Source: a virus | Virus record (IMG/VR): IMGVR_UViG_3300020183_000039 | Span: 22,570 to 86,569 of that record | DNA: 64,000 nucleotides | Direction: 5' to 3' (one strand) | In this document: one piece after another, positions 36,870 through 45,673 of the stretch | How the letters are laid out: the number at the start of each line of letters is the position of its first letter | How positions within the stretch are numbered: the stretch's first letter is position 1 | Made by a program: the position numbers and the translations under genes | Notes under the pieces: model-generated | Seen by the model: only the letters and a program-made list of their open reading frames with translations | Told to the model about the DNA's origin: nothing | Databases searched by the model: none

Positions 36870-37107
36870 GTGTCCATCCACTCCCAGCCAAGCAAGAATC
36901 TGGTCATCAGGCGGCTGAGGCGATTAGGGCGCTTAGCCACGTGGACGTGAAAGTTCCCGTTGATCCTCCAGCAACCGGCGGTCTTCGGAATTTCGATTTG
37001 AGATCCCGCGATCGTGAACGTATTCGGGCAAGTCAATTTAAGCGGCTCCCCGATATTGTTCTCGGTAACTGTCACGCCCCACGGGTCAGGCACGTTAATC
37101 TCGTTGT

Positions 37108-38190
37108 TCATAGGACTGCGATCTCCTGGTACTTCTTCTCTGTCTGCTCGGAGAGCCACTCGGAGAAGCTCGAGTATTTGCCAGCTCTGATACCGAACAT
37201 GGCGCCGCTCACAGCTTTATGGTGCTCCATGACCTGCATAGCGAACTCCTTCTGGTTCAGCTCTCGGTAGAGCCGCACGAAGTCTTCGACCCAGTGGCCG
37301 ATCACGGCGATCTGAGAGACCCGCAGGTCGAACTCCTTGCGATACTCCGGAAAGTAAGTCAAGAACTCTTCGAGATCATCGGCCTTCCAAAGCTCGAAGA
37401 AACTCGGGTCGCCATTGCCCTTGACCTGGTGCATGCGGACGTACGACTCGCCCTTGACCTTCAGTCGGCTACCGTGCTTGTCCACGATGACAAAGCCTTC
37501 GTGCTCTGAGCCCTTGAGTGTGGACGCGCACTCGAGGATCTTGTCCAGAGATCGGAGGTAGGTCCAGGGTTGCGCGACTTGGAATGTCCCGCTGAAGCCT
37601 TCCAAAGGCATCTCGGCCATGGTCGCTTTGTCGCGCACGGCCAGAAGCGGAAGAGTGTCAAACTTGTGGTTGACGACGACCTTGTTGCGCGACGAGCAGA
37701 GCTCGAAGATGTAGACGAGACTCGGTTCCAGATCGTCCTTGGAGTACCCGACCTTGCCGAACACCTGCCAGAAGAGCTGCTCGAATGTCATCGGCATCTC
37801 GCCGAACCGAATGTCCGCTCCGACGGTCCCGGACGTGGAGACCACCCAGGTCCCGTAGTGATTGAAGAGCTTGATGAGAGACCCGTCGTACTTCTCGTAG
37901 ACCCGAGCCGACTTCCAGTCGATCTCAGCGGCCCACGGCTCTCCCGGGTTGAAGAACCGGTCGAACGCGTACGCCACGGTCTGCCACGTGCCGAACCAGT
38001 CCTCGACAACCGCACCACGGCACACTTGCACGATGCGGGAGGACTTGTCAGCTATCGGCCCGTACTTCAAGCAGTAGAGGCCGGTGTGGCGCTGGTCGTT
38101 CGTGATACGGATGCCTTGCTCCTTGAGCGACTCGAGACCATGCTCGGAGATCCACTCTTCGAGGAAGACGACAGATGGGTTCCTTTCCAT
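37108..38190 (-). CDS. RNA ligase (T4 Rnl1-like)
   Basis: CRG, FDRFFN, EKYDGSL (motif I Lys), FEL, EGFVI (IV), LKVK (V). Confidence 0.85.
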   Translation of the reverse strand: MERNPSVVFLEEWISEHGLESLKEQGIRITNDQRHTGLYCLKYGPIADKSSRIVQVCRGAVVEDWFGTWQTVAYAFDRFFNPGEPWAAEIDWKSARVYEKYDGSLIKLFNHYGTWVVSTSGTVGADIRFGEMPMTFEQLFWQVFGKVGYSKDDLEPSLVYIFELCSSRNKVVVNHKFDTLPLLAVRDKATMAEMPLEGFSGTFQVAQPWTYLRSLDKILECASTLKGSEHEGFVIVDKHGSRLKVKGESYVRMHQVKGNGDPSFFELWKADDLEEFLTYFPEYRKEFDLRVSQIAVIGHWVEDFVRLYRELNQKEFAMQVMEHHKAVSGAMFGIRAGKYSSFSEWLSEQTEKKYQEIAVL

Positions 38191-38201
38191 GAGTTGATCA
38201 T

Positions 38202-38229
38202 AAAGAAAGGGCGACCGAGTTAGCCGCCC
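38202..38229 (-). terminator. Probable terminator
   Basis: GGGCGG...TCGCCC hairpin followed by TTTCTTT. Confidence 0.55.
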
Positions 38230-38333
38230 TTGTACCAGTTCATTCGTTGGTCGCTTCGATGATGATCGCAGCTATGACGCCGATGACCCATAGCAGACCG
38301 ATACCGATGAAGATGTTGAGGCTCCAGACTGGG

Positions 38334-38651
38334 TCAGTCATCGTTCTCGAGGAACCAGTTGTCAGGTTTGGTGAACCAACATGCCAGGTCGGTAGGATCT
38401 TGCGGGCCGATGAGGTGGTTCCGAGGGTCCGGGTCTCCGAGGTCGAGGTCGTTGAGGAACTCGTTCATGGAGCCCGGCTCAGGCTTTCCCTGGATGGCTT
38501 CTCGACGCGCTTGGTTGATGATACGAGCCGCGGACCGATTGTGGTCTGCCCACTTCTGTGCCCAGGTCATCTCCTCGAAAGAGACGGCGATGCCGCCCGC
38601 GATGCGGGCCGCGATGTCCTCGAGGCGAAGGCGCGTCTCGGTGGAAAGCAT
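38334..38651 (-). CDS. Conserved cyanophage-type hypothetical protein
   Basis: MLSTETRLRLEDIA...LDLGDPDP. Recalled as a common cyanophage hypothetical. Confidence 0.6.
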   Translation of the reverse strand: MLSTETRLRLEDIAARIAGGIAVSFEEMTWAQKWADHNRSAARIINQARREAIQGKPEPGSMNEFLNDLDLGDPDPRNHLIGPQDPTDLACWFTKPDNWFLENDD

Positions 38652-38685
38652 GTTGATCTCTCGGCCTGAGGGATCTTACCTCGAA

Positions 38686-38757
38686 AGCCTTCGACTGGAT
38701 TTGAACCAGCGACCTGCTGTTTACGAAACAGCTGCACTACCACTGTGCTACGAAGGC
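38686..38757 (-). tRNA. tRNA-Thr(CGT)
   Basis: Acceptor GCCTTCG/CGAAGGC, anticodon arm GCTGT-TTCGTAA-ACAGC, T-loop GGTTCAAATCC. No encoded CCA. Confidence 0.9.
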
Positions 38758-38759
38758 GA

Positions 38760-38897
38760 AGGCCCCGTTTAACACGTGAGACGCCTCAAGGGCGCACAGA
38801 GGTGGGGGCACGAGCGGGGGAGGCCATCCCCCCGACCTACCGAAGTAGGATTTAGTGCCACCGGCATTCCGGTTTATCTTTCCGGCGCAAAGTGGCA
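38760..38897 (-). ncRNA. Structured RNA between the tRNAs (possibly manA-motif-like)
   Basis: Stems TGCCAC/GTGGCA, CCGG-AAAGATAAA-CCGG, CCTAC-TTCG-GTAGG, CGGGGG/CCCCCG, GCCCC/GGGGC and CGCC/GGCG. The family name is from memory. Confidence 0.55.
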
Positions 38898-38898
38898 A

Positions 38899-38970
38899 CT
38901 GGCGTGGCAGGGCTCGAACCTGCGGCCAGCCGATTAACAGTCGGCGGCTCTACCACTGAGCTACACGCCA
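38899..38970 (-). tRNA. tRNA-Asn(GTT)
   Basis: Acceptor TGGCGTG/CACGCCA, anticodon arm GCCGA-CTGTTAA-TCGGC, T-loop GGTTCGAGCCC. Confidence 0.9.
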
Positions 38971-39012
38971 ATGAAGAAAGGGAGCCCTCTCGAGCTCCCA
39001 GTCATCATAGAC

Positions 39013-39645
39013 TCAGCTCTCGAGGGTAAACTTACGAGCGTACTCGTAAGCGAAGTGAGTCCGTGCACCGTGATGGCCCCACCCGATCCACTTGTAAGCG
39101 GTTCGCATGTAGTCGTCGATGGTGCGGCCTGGCTTCAGCATCTTGTCCTCGATGGTTTTCCACTGGGGCTCCTCGAAGATGTAGCTGAGCTGGGCGTGAA
39201 TGGAAGAGGGGTCATGCCCGAGCTTCCGAGCGTGGGTCCCAAGCCCGCGGAAGCGGTTCTCGGATGTCCACTGGATGAGGCCGAAGCCTCCCGAGCGGCA
39301 ACCGTGGTAGCCCGCGCGCGCGCCGCCTTCGCAGACGTTGGGAACGAATGTCGACTCTTGTCGAATGTTCCCCATGATGGTGGCAAGCGCGTTGCGGTCT
39401 TTGATTCCGCGGTCTTGAAGCGTCTGGAGCGCAATCTGTTCGTTTGCGTTGCAGCCCTTACAGATCAGTCGTGGTTCCTTGATTGGTTCTGGAGCGGCCT
39501 CTCGGATGGCTACCTTCGTGTCCGGCTCTTCTCGAATGATCGAGTAGGGGATAGTGGCCGAAGCCACTGGCGAAGGCAGTAGAGCCAATGACGTCGCAGC
39601 AGTACCCACCAGGGACACGGCCGCAATCGTGAGGGACGAAAGCAT
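39013..39645 (-). CDS. Phage-tail-lysozyme-family cell wall hydrolase with signal/anchor peptide
   Basis: ATIMGNIRQES and GFGLIQWT motifs, hydrophobic N-terminus. Confidence 0.75.
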   Translation of the reverse strand: MLSSLTIAAVSLVGTAATSLALLPSPVASATIPYSIIREEPDTKVAIREAAPEPIKEPRLICKGCNANEQIALQTLQDRGIKDRNALATIMGNIRQESTFVPNVCEGGARAGYHGCRSGGFGLIQWTSENRFRGLGTHARKLGHDPSSIHAQLSYIFEEPQWKTIEDKMLKPGRTIDDYMRTAYKWIGWGHHGARTHFAYEYARKFTLES

Positions 39646-39649
39646 TAGA

Positions 39650-39815
39650 TAGGATAGAACTCAGCATCCGTATAGAGGACGGTCACTCGCCCGTCTCAGG
39701 GCGCATTCCTCCACGGCACAGGAAGTTTAAGGGACGTTGCATCCCCGAGTCTCGCCTCGGGTAGGTTCCGAGAAACCCCTCATAAAGATCGCCGTCGTTG
39801 ATACGACCGAGACCT
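39650..39815 (-). ncRNA. Multi-hairpin 5' leader RNA of the hydrolase gene
   Basis: Follows TATAAT at 39820-39825. Stems GTCGT/ACGAC, GGTTTC/GAACC, CCCGAG/CTCGGG, GGGATG/CGTCCC, CCGTGGAGGA/TCCTCTATACGG and CGCCC/GGGCG. Confidence 0.5.
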
Positions 39816-40223
39816 TGTGATTATACACCAATCATTAAACTGTGAACTTGTCTCTCTGCAATTTGATCGACTGGAGGAGCGAATCCACCTGGCAAATCTT
39901 CTCGGTGAGAGCCTCGTCTTCAGCGTAGTCGTGGATGAGTCGTTGGATCCAGAACTCTAAGGCTTCGATGGCCAGGTCGTGGTCGTGAAGGGACAGCAAA
40001 GACATGTCAGTCGCGGTCGGAGATGTCCCAAGTCGTCATCTCGGGAGCCAGGCTCATGCGGCCAGCGCGGATCTCGTTGCGGCGCCACTCCTCGCGCTCT
40101 AGTTGCTTGAGGTACTGCTCCATGACGAGCTGGCAGGCCGGGTCATTCTTGGCGGTCTCGTTGACGAGGAAGGCGCCGTTGTGGACGCGTTGTAGAGGTT
40201 GTTTGTCCATGGTGTTTGCAGAT

Positions 40224-40251
40224 AAGAAGAAAGCCCCGCCGAAGCGGGGCC
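40224..40251 (-). terminator. Rho-independent terminator
   Basis: GGCCCCGC-TTCG-GCGGGGCT followed by TTCTT. Confidence 0.85.
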
Positions 40252-40525
40252 GAAGAAGTCAGGCAGGCTTAGAGTTGAGAGCCAGAGTGCGCATGCCGGG
40301 TCCGGTAACCACCCAGCCGTTCACCTGCTCCCAGCGGATGAGCCCGATCTCGCGGAGCTCGTTGATGCGATGCTCGCGAGTGTGGTGGGAGGTCCAGACT
40401 CTGTGGAGCTCGCCGGTCTGGTAGCCACGGCGGAGGTCTTCACGGAGACCCGTGGAAGCGATGATCGCGAGGAGCGCTTTCTTCTGGAACCTGGAGAGCT
40501 TGATGAAGTTCATTGGCCTTCCTTT

Positions 40526-40563
40526 GACAGATCAATCATATACCATTGACCTGAGAAAGTAAA
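40526..40563 (-). promoter_or_regulatory. Early sigma70-like promoter
   Basis: TTTACT-17 nt-TATGAT-TGATCTGTC. Confidence 0.75.
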
Positions 40564-40566
40564 CCC

Positions 40567-41082
40567 CTAGTCCCAGAACCTGTCCATGGTCTCCACCACG
40601 CGGCGGAAGTGACACCACGCTACGAATCGCCCGTTGTAGAGCCTCTCGTTCAACTGCAGCATGCGGATCTCATGCGCGCAGGCGTGAGTGATCGCATTCG
40701 ACTCGGTGTAGCCCCACGCGCGGAAACAGTCGAACTTCTCAATGTAGACTACAAACGGAAACTGCCGTTGATAGGCTCTGTGAAACACCGCGTCCCGTCT
40801 CAACCCGTCCTTCTGTTTGATCTCGACCTTGCCGTACCCGAACTGGTTGTCGATCTCGTCGATGCTGAAGTCCAGCCCGTCGATGTACTCCTCGGCCAGC
40901 TGCGTGTCGAAGACCACTTCTGTGCGCTGCCAGTCCTCGGTCAGCCCGATGCAATAGTCCTTGAACTCCTTGTCGTGCGCTCGCCACACGATGTTGTGGA
41001 CGAAGAAGGGGTACTGCATCACGGCCTTTGGGTACCGGATGGAGAAGTGCAGGATCTCGAACGAGCGATCGGTGTCGGTCAT
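40567..41082 (-). CDS. Hypothetical protein
   Basis: 171-aa ORF with phage-typical codon usage. Confidence 0.6.
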   Translation of the reverse strand: MTDTDRSFEILHFSIRYPKAVMQYPFFVHNIVWRAHDKEFKDYCIGLTEDWQRTEVVFDTQLAEEYIDGLDFSIDEIDNQFGYGKVEIKQKDGLRRDAVFHRAYQRQFPFVVYIEKFDCFRAWGYTESNAITHACAHEIRMLQLNERLYNGRFVAWCHFRRVVETMDRFWD

Positions 41083-41665
41083 GGCCTCAGAGAGTGGCGG
41101 AGCCCTAGCAGTAGGAACACACAGGCGAAGCCCACGTAGATGTAGAACGTGGCGGCCGGAGCCAAGAGCGTGAGGCCCAGCGAGGCCATCGCCAGGAGGA
41201 AGAAGATCGTAGCTGGTAGTTTCGATGCCCGCATGGTGTCCTCAGTAGTCGGAGCCGTCCGGCCAGTCTTCCTCTTCGGCCCTGTCAGGGTCCCAGAGGA
41301 GGCAATTGAGCATGTCCGATAGATACCTAATCTCCTCCAGTTCGAGGCCCTCCAGGGTCATCAGGGGACCGTCTCCGAAACAGATGGAGATCGAGTAGCC
41401 GAAGTCTGGGCTATAGCCGGAAGTGGCTTGGATGCGAGTCATCGTCCCAGCCTCAGTTTACGCTCAGGGCTTACGGTCGGATTGAACCAGTCGTCGTAGG
41501 GCCAGATGTACTGATCCATCCAGCCGCTTCCGAGTTCCTCCCAGAAGTCCACGTACTCGCAGAGGTAATCGCTTGATTGCGGGATGGACAAAAGAGCCTG
41601 CCACCACTCGAAAGCAAGTCCAAGTCCCTCGAAGCCGTCCCAGAAACGAGTCCATACGATGCGCA

Positions 41666-41935
41666 TCAGAAGCCTCCGAACGAGAGCTCGGAGTCGCAGT
41701 GGAAGAGGTCGAACACGGCTCCTTCGGAGTCGCTCATGGTGCGCCAGTAGCGTACGAAGAAGATGTCCTCCATATCGTCCATGGCGGTCGCGAGGTCCTT
41801 AGCTTCTTCGAGGAGGAGCTGCGAGGTACGAGGCTCGTGCTCGGTGAACTCCAGATCGTGGGCGCGGTCAACCAGATGGCTGATGCGCTCCATAGCAAGG
41901 GCCTCAAGATTCATACGGTACGTGTCAAAGGTCAT
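41666..41935 (-). CDS. Hypothetical protein (paralog of 30075..30251)
   Basis: ERISHLVDRAHDL...LLLEEAKDLA. Confidence 0.6.
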   Translation of the reverse strand: MTFDTYRMNLEALAMERISHLVDRAHDLEFTEHEPRTSQLLLEEAKDLATAMDDMEDIFFVRYWRTMSDSEGAVFDLFHCDSELSFGGF

Positions 41936-42058
41936 GATCGAATCCGTACGGAGCTCGCATCCACTCGTGGAATTCGCGGCCAAGATCGAGAGCCTCCATG
42001 ATAAGCCCCTGGTTAAGCAGGTGCTCCATGCGGCTCTCTGCCCAATCAAGAGTAGCCT

Positions 42059-42340
42059 CTACGAACTGGGTTTTCTCGTCCATGTCGGGTCCCCGGGAAT
42101 GGGTTCCGTGCCGTATTCCCAGTCATCATAGTCGTCCGAGTTCCGGAGTGAACCCGCCATGTCCGACGAGTTTGACAGGTCTTCGGAAGCCAATGAGACC
42201 AAGGAGTCCTTGTACTTCTGGATTCCTTCACGCGCTAGCCTCATGAAGTCCGGTCTAGAGGCCTCGTAGTCAGTCACTAGTTTGGTGGTGCCGAACATGG
42301 TCTTCATGTAGTTCACGTCGCGATCAACTGGCCTGCCCAT
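42059..42340 (-). CDS. Cyanophage-type hypothetical protein
   Basis: YMKTMFGTTKLVTDY...YDDWEYGTEP. Confidence 0.55.
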   Translation of the reverse strand: MGRPVDRDVNYMKTMFGTTKLVTDYEASRPDFMRLAREGIQKYKDSLVSLASEDLSNSSDMAGSLRNSDDYDDWEYGTEPIPGDPTWTRKPSS

Positions 42341-42343
42341 TGG

Positions 42344-42856
42344 TCAACCTCCTTGGAGCCTGCGAGCAACATAGTAGTCGTTCTGGATCATGGTGATCCG
42401 ATCGTCGTAGACCTTCTGGTCGTAGAGTGTGTTGCCGAGGAAGCGCGAGATAAGCGACCTCACGGCGTCCCACAACACGAGCTTCCGGCTCTCGTCATGA
42501 TCCTTCGGAGAGCTCGGGTGAGCACTCAGCTTGGTCTTAGACCCGAAGTAGACGATCTTCCCGATGGTCATCGAGCGAAGCATGTGGAAGCCGTCGGTGA
42601 CCACCATCAGCTCGTCCGCGTTGATCGAGTCGATGATGCGCTTGGTGTTGGTGAAGTTGGTGACCGTGTCCCAGGCCGAATAGTCCAAAGTGGTTCTGGA
42701 CGGGTCCAACCCAGCGATCTTGATCTTCTGGACGCAAGTGACCGGGTCGCTTTCGGACGACACGATGAAGAAAGAGCCGGGATTCTGCTTCACCAGCTCG
42801 ATTGCTTTGTCCATCCGCGCGACGTTCCCGCCGAGCTCAAGGATGACCTTAGTCAT
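42344..42856 (-). CDS. DUF218 (YdcF/ElyC/SanA-like) protein
   Basis: LGG..R...A, AWDTVTN, VVTDGFHMLRS. Confidence 0.75.
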   Translation of the reverse strand: MTKVILELGGNVARMDKAIELVKQNPGSFFIVSSESDPVTCVQKIKIAGLDPSRTTLDYSAWDTVTNFTNTKRIIDSINADELMVVTDGFHMLRSMTIGKIVYFGSKTKLSAHPSSPKDHDESRKLVLWDAVRSLISRFLGNTLYDQKVYDDRITMIQNDYYVARRLQGG

Positions 42857-43413
42857 CTTCCTCCATGATACGAGAGAGTTGGGAGTAGGTGGGAAGGCCC
42901 AACGCTACGCGAAGCGCGTTGTTCTCTCTCACCAGGAGTTTTACCGCGTCGAGCGTGGAGATCTCGCACTGGTCTGGGATCGTGTCTTCGATGGCAACTC
43001 CGATGAGGCCGACGTACTGTCTCCAGTGGCGCTCCTCAGCCTCGATCATCGCCAGCTCTTTGAGCCCCTCGTTATTCTCCTTGTAGAGGCGCTCGACCGC
43101 GGCCAGCGCGCCCTCTTCTCCGTTCATCATTGCCCTCCGATGTGAGTAGTCGCGACGAGGCACGGGTTGCGTGGTACGCACTCGAGCCATTCGCTCCCAT
43201 CGTACACAGCAGGGAAGTACACGTACTTGCCGCCCCATGCGGTGAAGCTGCAGCCCTCGCTACCTCCGTACCCAGCGTCGAACTCACGGTCAAAGACCGG
43301 ATAGTCGATGGGAACGGCCATCGGGGCCATAGGGCGCGCTTCGGACTTGATGACCAGCACCTCGAGTTCGTCCTCGAGACTGACCATCATCGCTTCGAGC
43401 TCTGTTCGCCAGT

Positions 43414-45411
43414 TCATACCACTTCTCCAGGGATAGCGATTCGGTGACCTCGGCCGCCGGGCCACTTGGGCTTCAGCTGGTTGGCCGAGATCTCTCGCGG
43501 CTTGCGCCGCTTGGACGTGTACTCGAGAGTGTAGGTGCCAGTACCGAAGTAGCGTAGCGTAGCACCCTCAGGAAGCCACCGCTTGCCTTTGACCGTGGTG
43601 CGAGACAGCGCGTCCCAAGAAATTGAATTTGCAAATGTACCTTCCGATGTATCCCATACGGCCAACCATAGATTTGACGGCAAATGAGTAGTTGAAACTT
43701 TGCCAAGTACTTTTGTCGGTTGGTTATACACAGGACCCTTAAACCAGGCTCCTACTTTATACACGAAGCCGTTATCGCAGGCCAGAACCATCTTCTCGTC
43801 GGGTTGGACGATCATCGTGGCTCCTCGCGGGCCTTTGAGCTGGGTCAGGATGCCTTTGTCTTCGTCCAGCAGAATGAACCGAGGCTTGGGTCCGACCTGA
43901 GCAACCTGGACCTTCTCCTTGCCAACTTTGACGGTGGTAGCAACGGCTACGTACTTGGGCTCCTCGATAGCTTCGGACCTGCGGGCGTTCCCGTGCCGTT
44001 CGGCCAGATCCTCGACCTCCTTGATGATGTACTCCTTGCGAAGCTTCTCGCTGGATGTCAACCCGAGGATCTCCTTGATACGCTTCTGGATGTCCTTGGC
44101 CTCCTGCTGGAGGTCCGTCTCGTCGAGCTTGGTGAGAGCCGAGAGGCGCATGTCGAGGATGGCGTCCGCTTGCTTCGGCGTGAACTGCATCTTCTCGAGT
44201 CGTTTCTTCGCGTCGGCTCGGTCCTTCGAGGCCCTGATTGTGGTGATCACATCGTCGATGATCGTGAGTGCCGTGATGAGCCCCTGCACCACCTCGAGAC
44301 GACCGCGACGCTTCTCGAGTTCGGCCTTAAGCGCCACCACGAATCGCCCGTCGCGCCACTTCGCCCAGCGGATGAGCATGTCGTGCGGAGCCAGCAGGAC
44401 AGGCTTCAGATGGTCGATCGAGAGGTTGTGGGCCGAGAACTTCGAGTCGAGCGACGTATTGCGGAAGATCTCAGACTCGGCCTTGTCCACGTCGACGTTA
44501 GCCTTGAGCACGAGGACCAAGCGGATGCCACTACGGTCGGTCTCGTCTCGGACATCTGCCACAGTGGAGACCTTGTCCTTCTCGATGGCTTCTTTGATCT
44601 GGTTGCCGATCTGTTCGGTGTTAGAGTGGAGCGGAAGGTTGGTGAACACCAGGGACATGCGCTTAGAGCGCTTGCCGTAGTCGATCTCCTCGCGCTCGCA
44701 CTTGGCACGCATGCGGATCGCCCCGATGCCGGTGTTGAGGTACTCGACCAGACCTTCGTCCTTGACCACGTCGCAGCCGGTTGGGAAGTCCGGAACCAGA
44801 GCGTTCTTCGCGGCCTTGATATCGTCCTCGGCCAGAGCTCGTAGAGCCTTGGCCACGCCACGAAGGTTGTGAGTCGGGACGCGAGTGGCGAAGCCGACGC
44901 CGATGCCCTCGGAGCCATTGAGGAGCAACGCGGGCACTCGAGCGTTGAACTGGATCGGCTCCTGTAGAGACCCATCGTAGTTGTCCTTGGCCGCCCAGGT
45001 TTCAGAGTCCTGGAGCAGAGTCTCCCAGGCGAAGCTCGTGAGCTTTGCTTCCGTGTAGCGAGGAGCGGCCGCTCCGTCAGTCGGACTACCCCAGTTGCCA
45101 TGGCCGTCGACCAGCGGGTGGTTGTTCGTCCACCACGCGGCCGCTGTGACCATCGCTCCGTAAGCCCCGGAGTGCGGGTGGAGCTTGCCCATCGTCTCGC
45201 CCTCGACCCTTGCGGCCTTCATGTAGCGGGCGTCGGGCCGCAGCCCGAGCCACTTCATGGCGGTGAGGACCCTGCGGGTCACCGGCTTCAGGCCGTCGTA
45301 CAGGTCGGGGATGGCGCGCCCGACCAGCACCGCCATGCTGTAGTCGAGGTACGCGGTCTTCATCTCGTCGACCACGCTCACCGGAGTGACCTTGGCGTTC
45401 TCTTCGGTCAC
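43414..45411 (-). CDS. Type IIA topoisomerase A subunit (GyrA/ParC-like) with reduced C-terminal domain
   Basis: YLDYSM...RAIPD..DGLKPV.RR, KAAR, MGKLHPH, DGHGNWGS, AAPRYTEAKL (catalytic Tyr), LLNG..GIGVG.AT, PDFPTG, QADAILDMRL. Confidence 0.92.
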   Translation of the reverse strand: MTEENAKVTPVSVVDEMKTAYLDYSMAVLVGRAIPDLYDGLKPVTRRVLTAMKWLGLRPDARYMKAARVEGETMGKLHPHSGAYGAMVTAAAWWTNNHPLVDGHGNWGSPTDGAAAPRYTEAKLTSFAWETLLQDSETWAAKDNYDGSLQEPIQFNARVPALLLNGSEGIGVGFATRVPTHNLRGVAKALRALAEDDIKAAKNALVPDFPTGCDVVKDEGLVEYLNTGIGAIRMRAKCEREEIDYGKRSKRMSLVFTNLPLHSNTEQIGNQIKEAIEKDKVSTVADVRDETDRSGIRLVLVLKANVDVDKAESEIFRNTSLDSKFSAHNLSIDHLKPVLLAPHDMLIRWAKWRDGRFVVALKAELEKRRGRLEVVQGLITALTIIDDVITTIRASKDRADAKKRLEKMQFTPKQADAILDMRLSALTKLDETDLQQEAKDIQKRIKEILGLTSSEKLRKEYIIKEVEDLAERHGNARRSEAIEEPKYVAVATTVKVGKEKVQVAQVGPKPRFILLDEDKGILTQLKGPRGATMIVQPDEKMVLACDNGFVYKVGAWFKGPVYNQPTKVLGKVSTTHLPSNLWLAVWDTSEGTFANSISWDALSRTTVKGKRWLPEGATLRYFGTGTYTLEYTSKRRKPREISANQLKPKWPGGRGHRIAIPGEVV

Positions 45412-45644
45412 GCGAGCACCTCCTGCTGGTCAAGCAGCAGTTCGTTGATGATGCCTTCGAGCTCAAGAAGAGCCTCGTCGTAGGTCATCGGGTCGTAGCC
45501 CTCGTCGAAGCTAGCCTGGTCGGAGTAGACGCCGTTAGGGTCGTTCTTCTGGAGGAACTCCAGGATCGCCTCGCGTGAACCGATGTCGTAGAGGCGTTGT
45601 GCTTGGCCGAGCATTTTGCGTTGGTTCTGGGAATTCATAGGTCT

Positions 45645-45673
45645 ATCTTAACATGAGAACCTGAGAAAGTAAA
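45645..45673 (-). promoter_or_regulatory. Early sigma70-like promoter (leaderless start at 45638)
   Basis: TTTACT-17 nt-TAAGAT, 6 nt before the ATG. Confidence 0.7.

Noticed and set aside
38230-41235. Small hydrophobic ORFs as high-light-inducible (hli) genes
   Set aside because: They lack the ExxNGRxAMxG motif.
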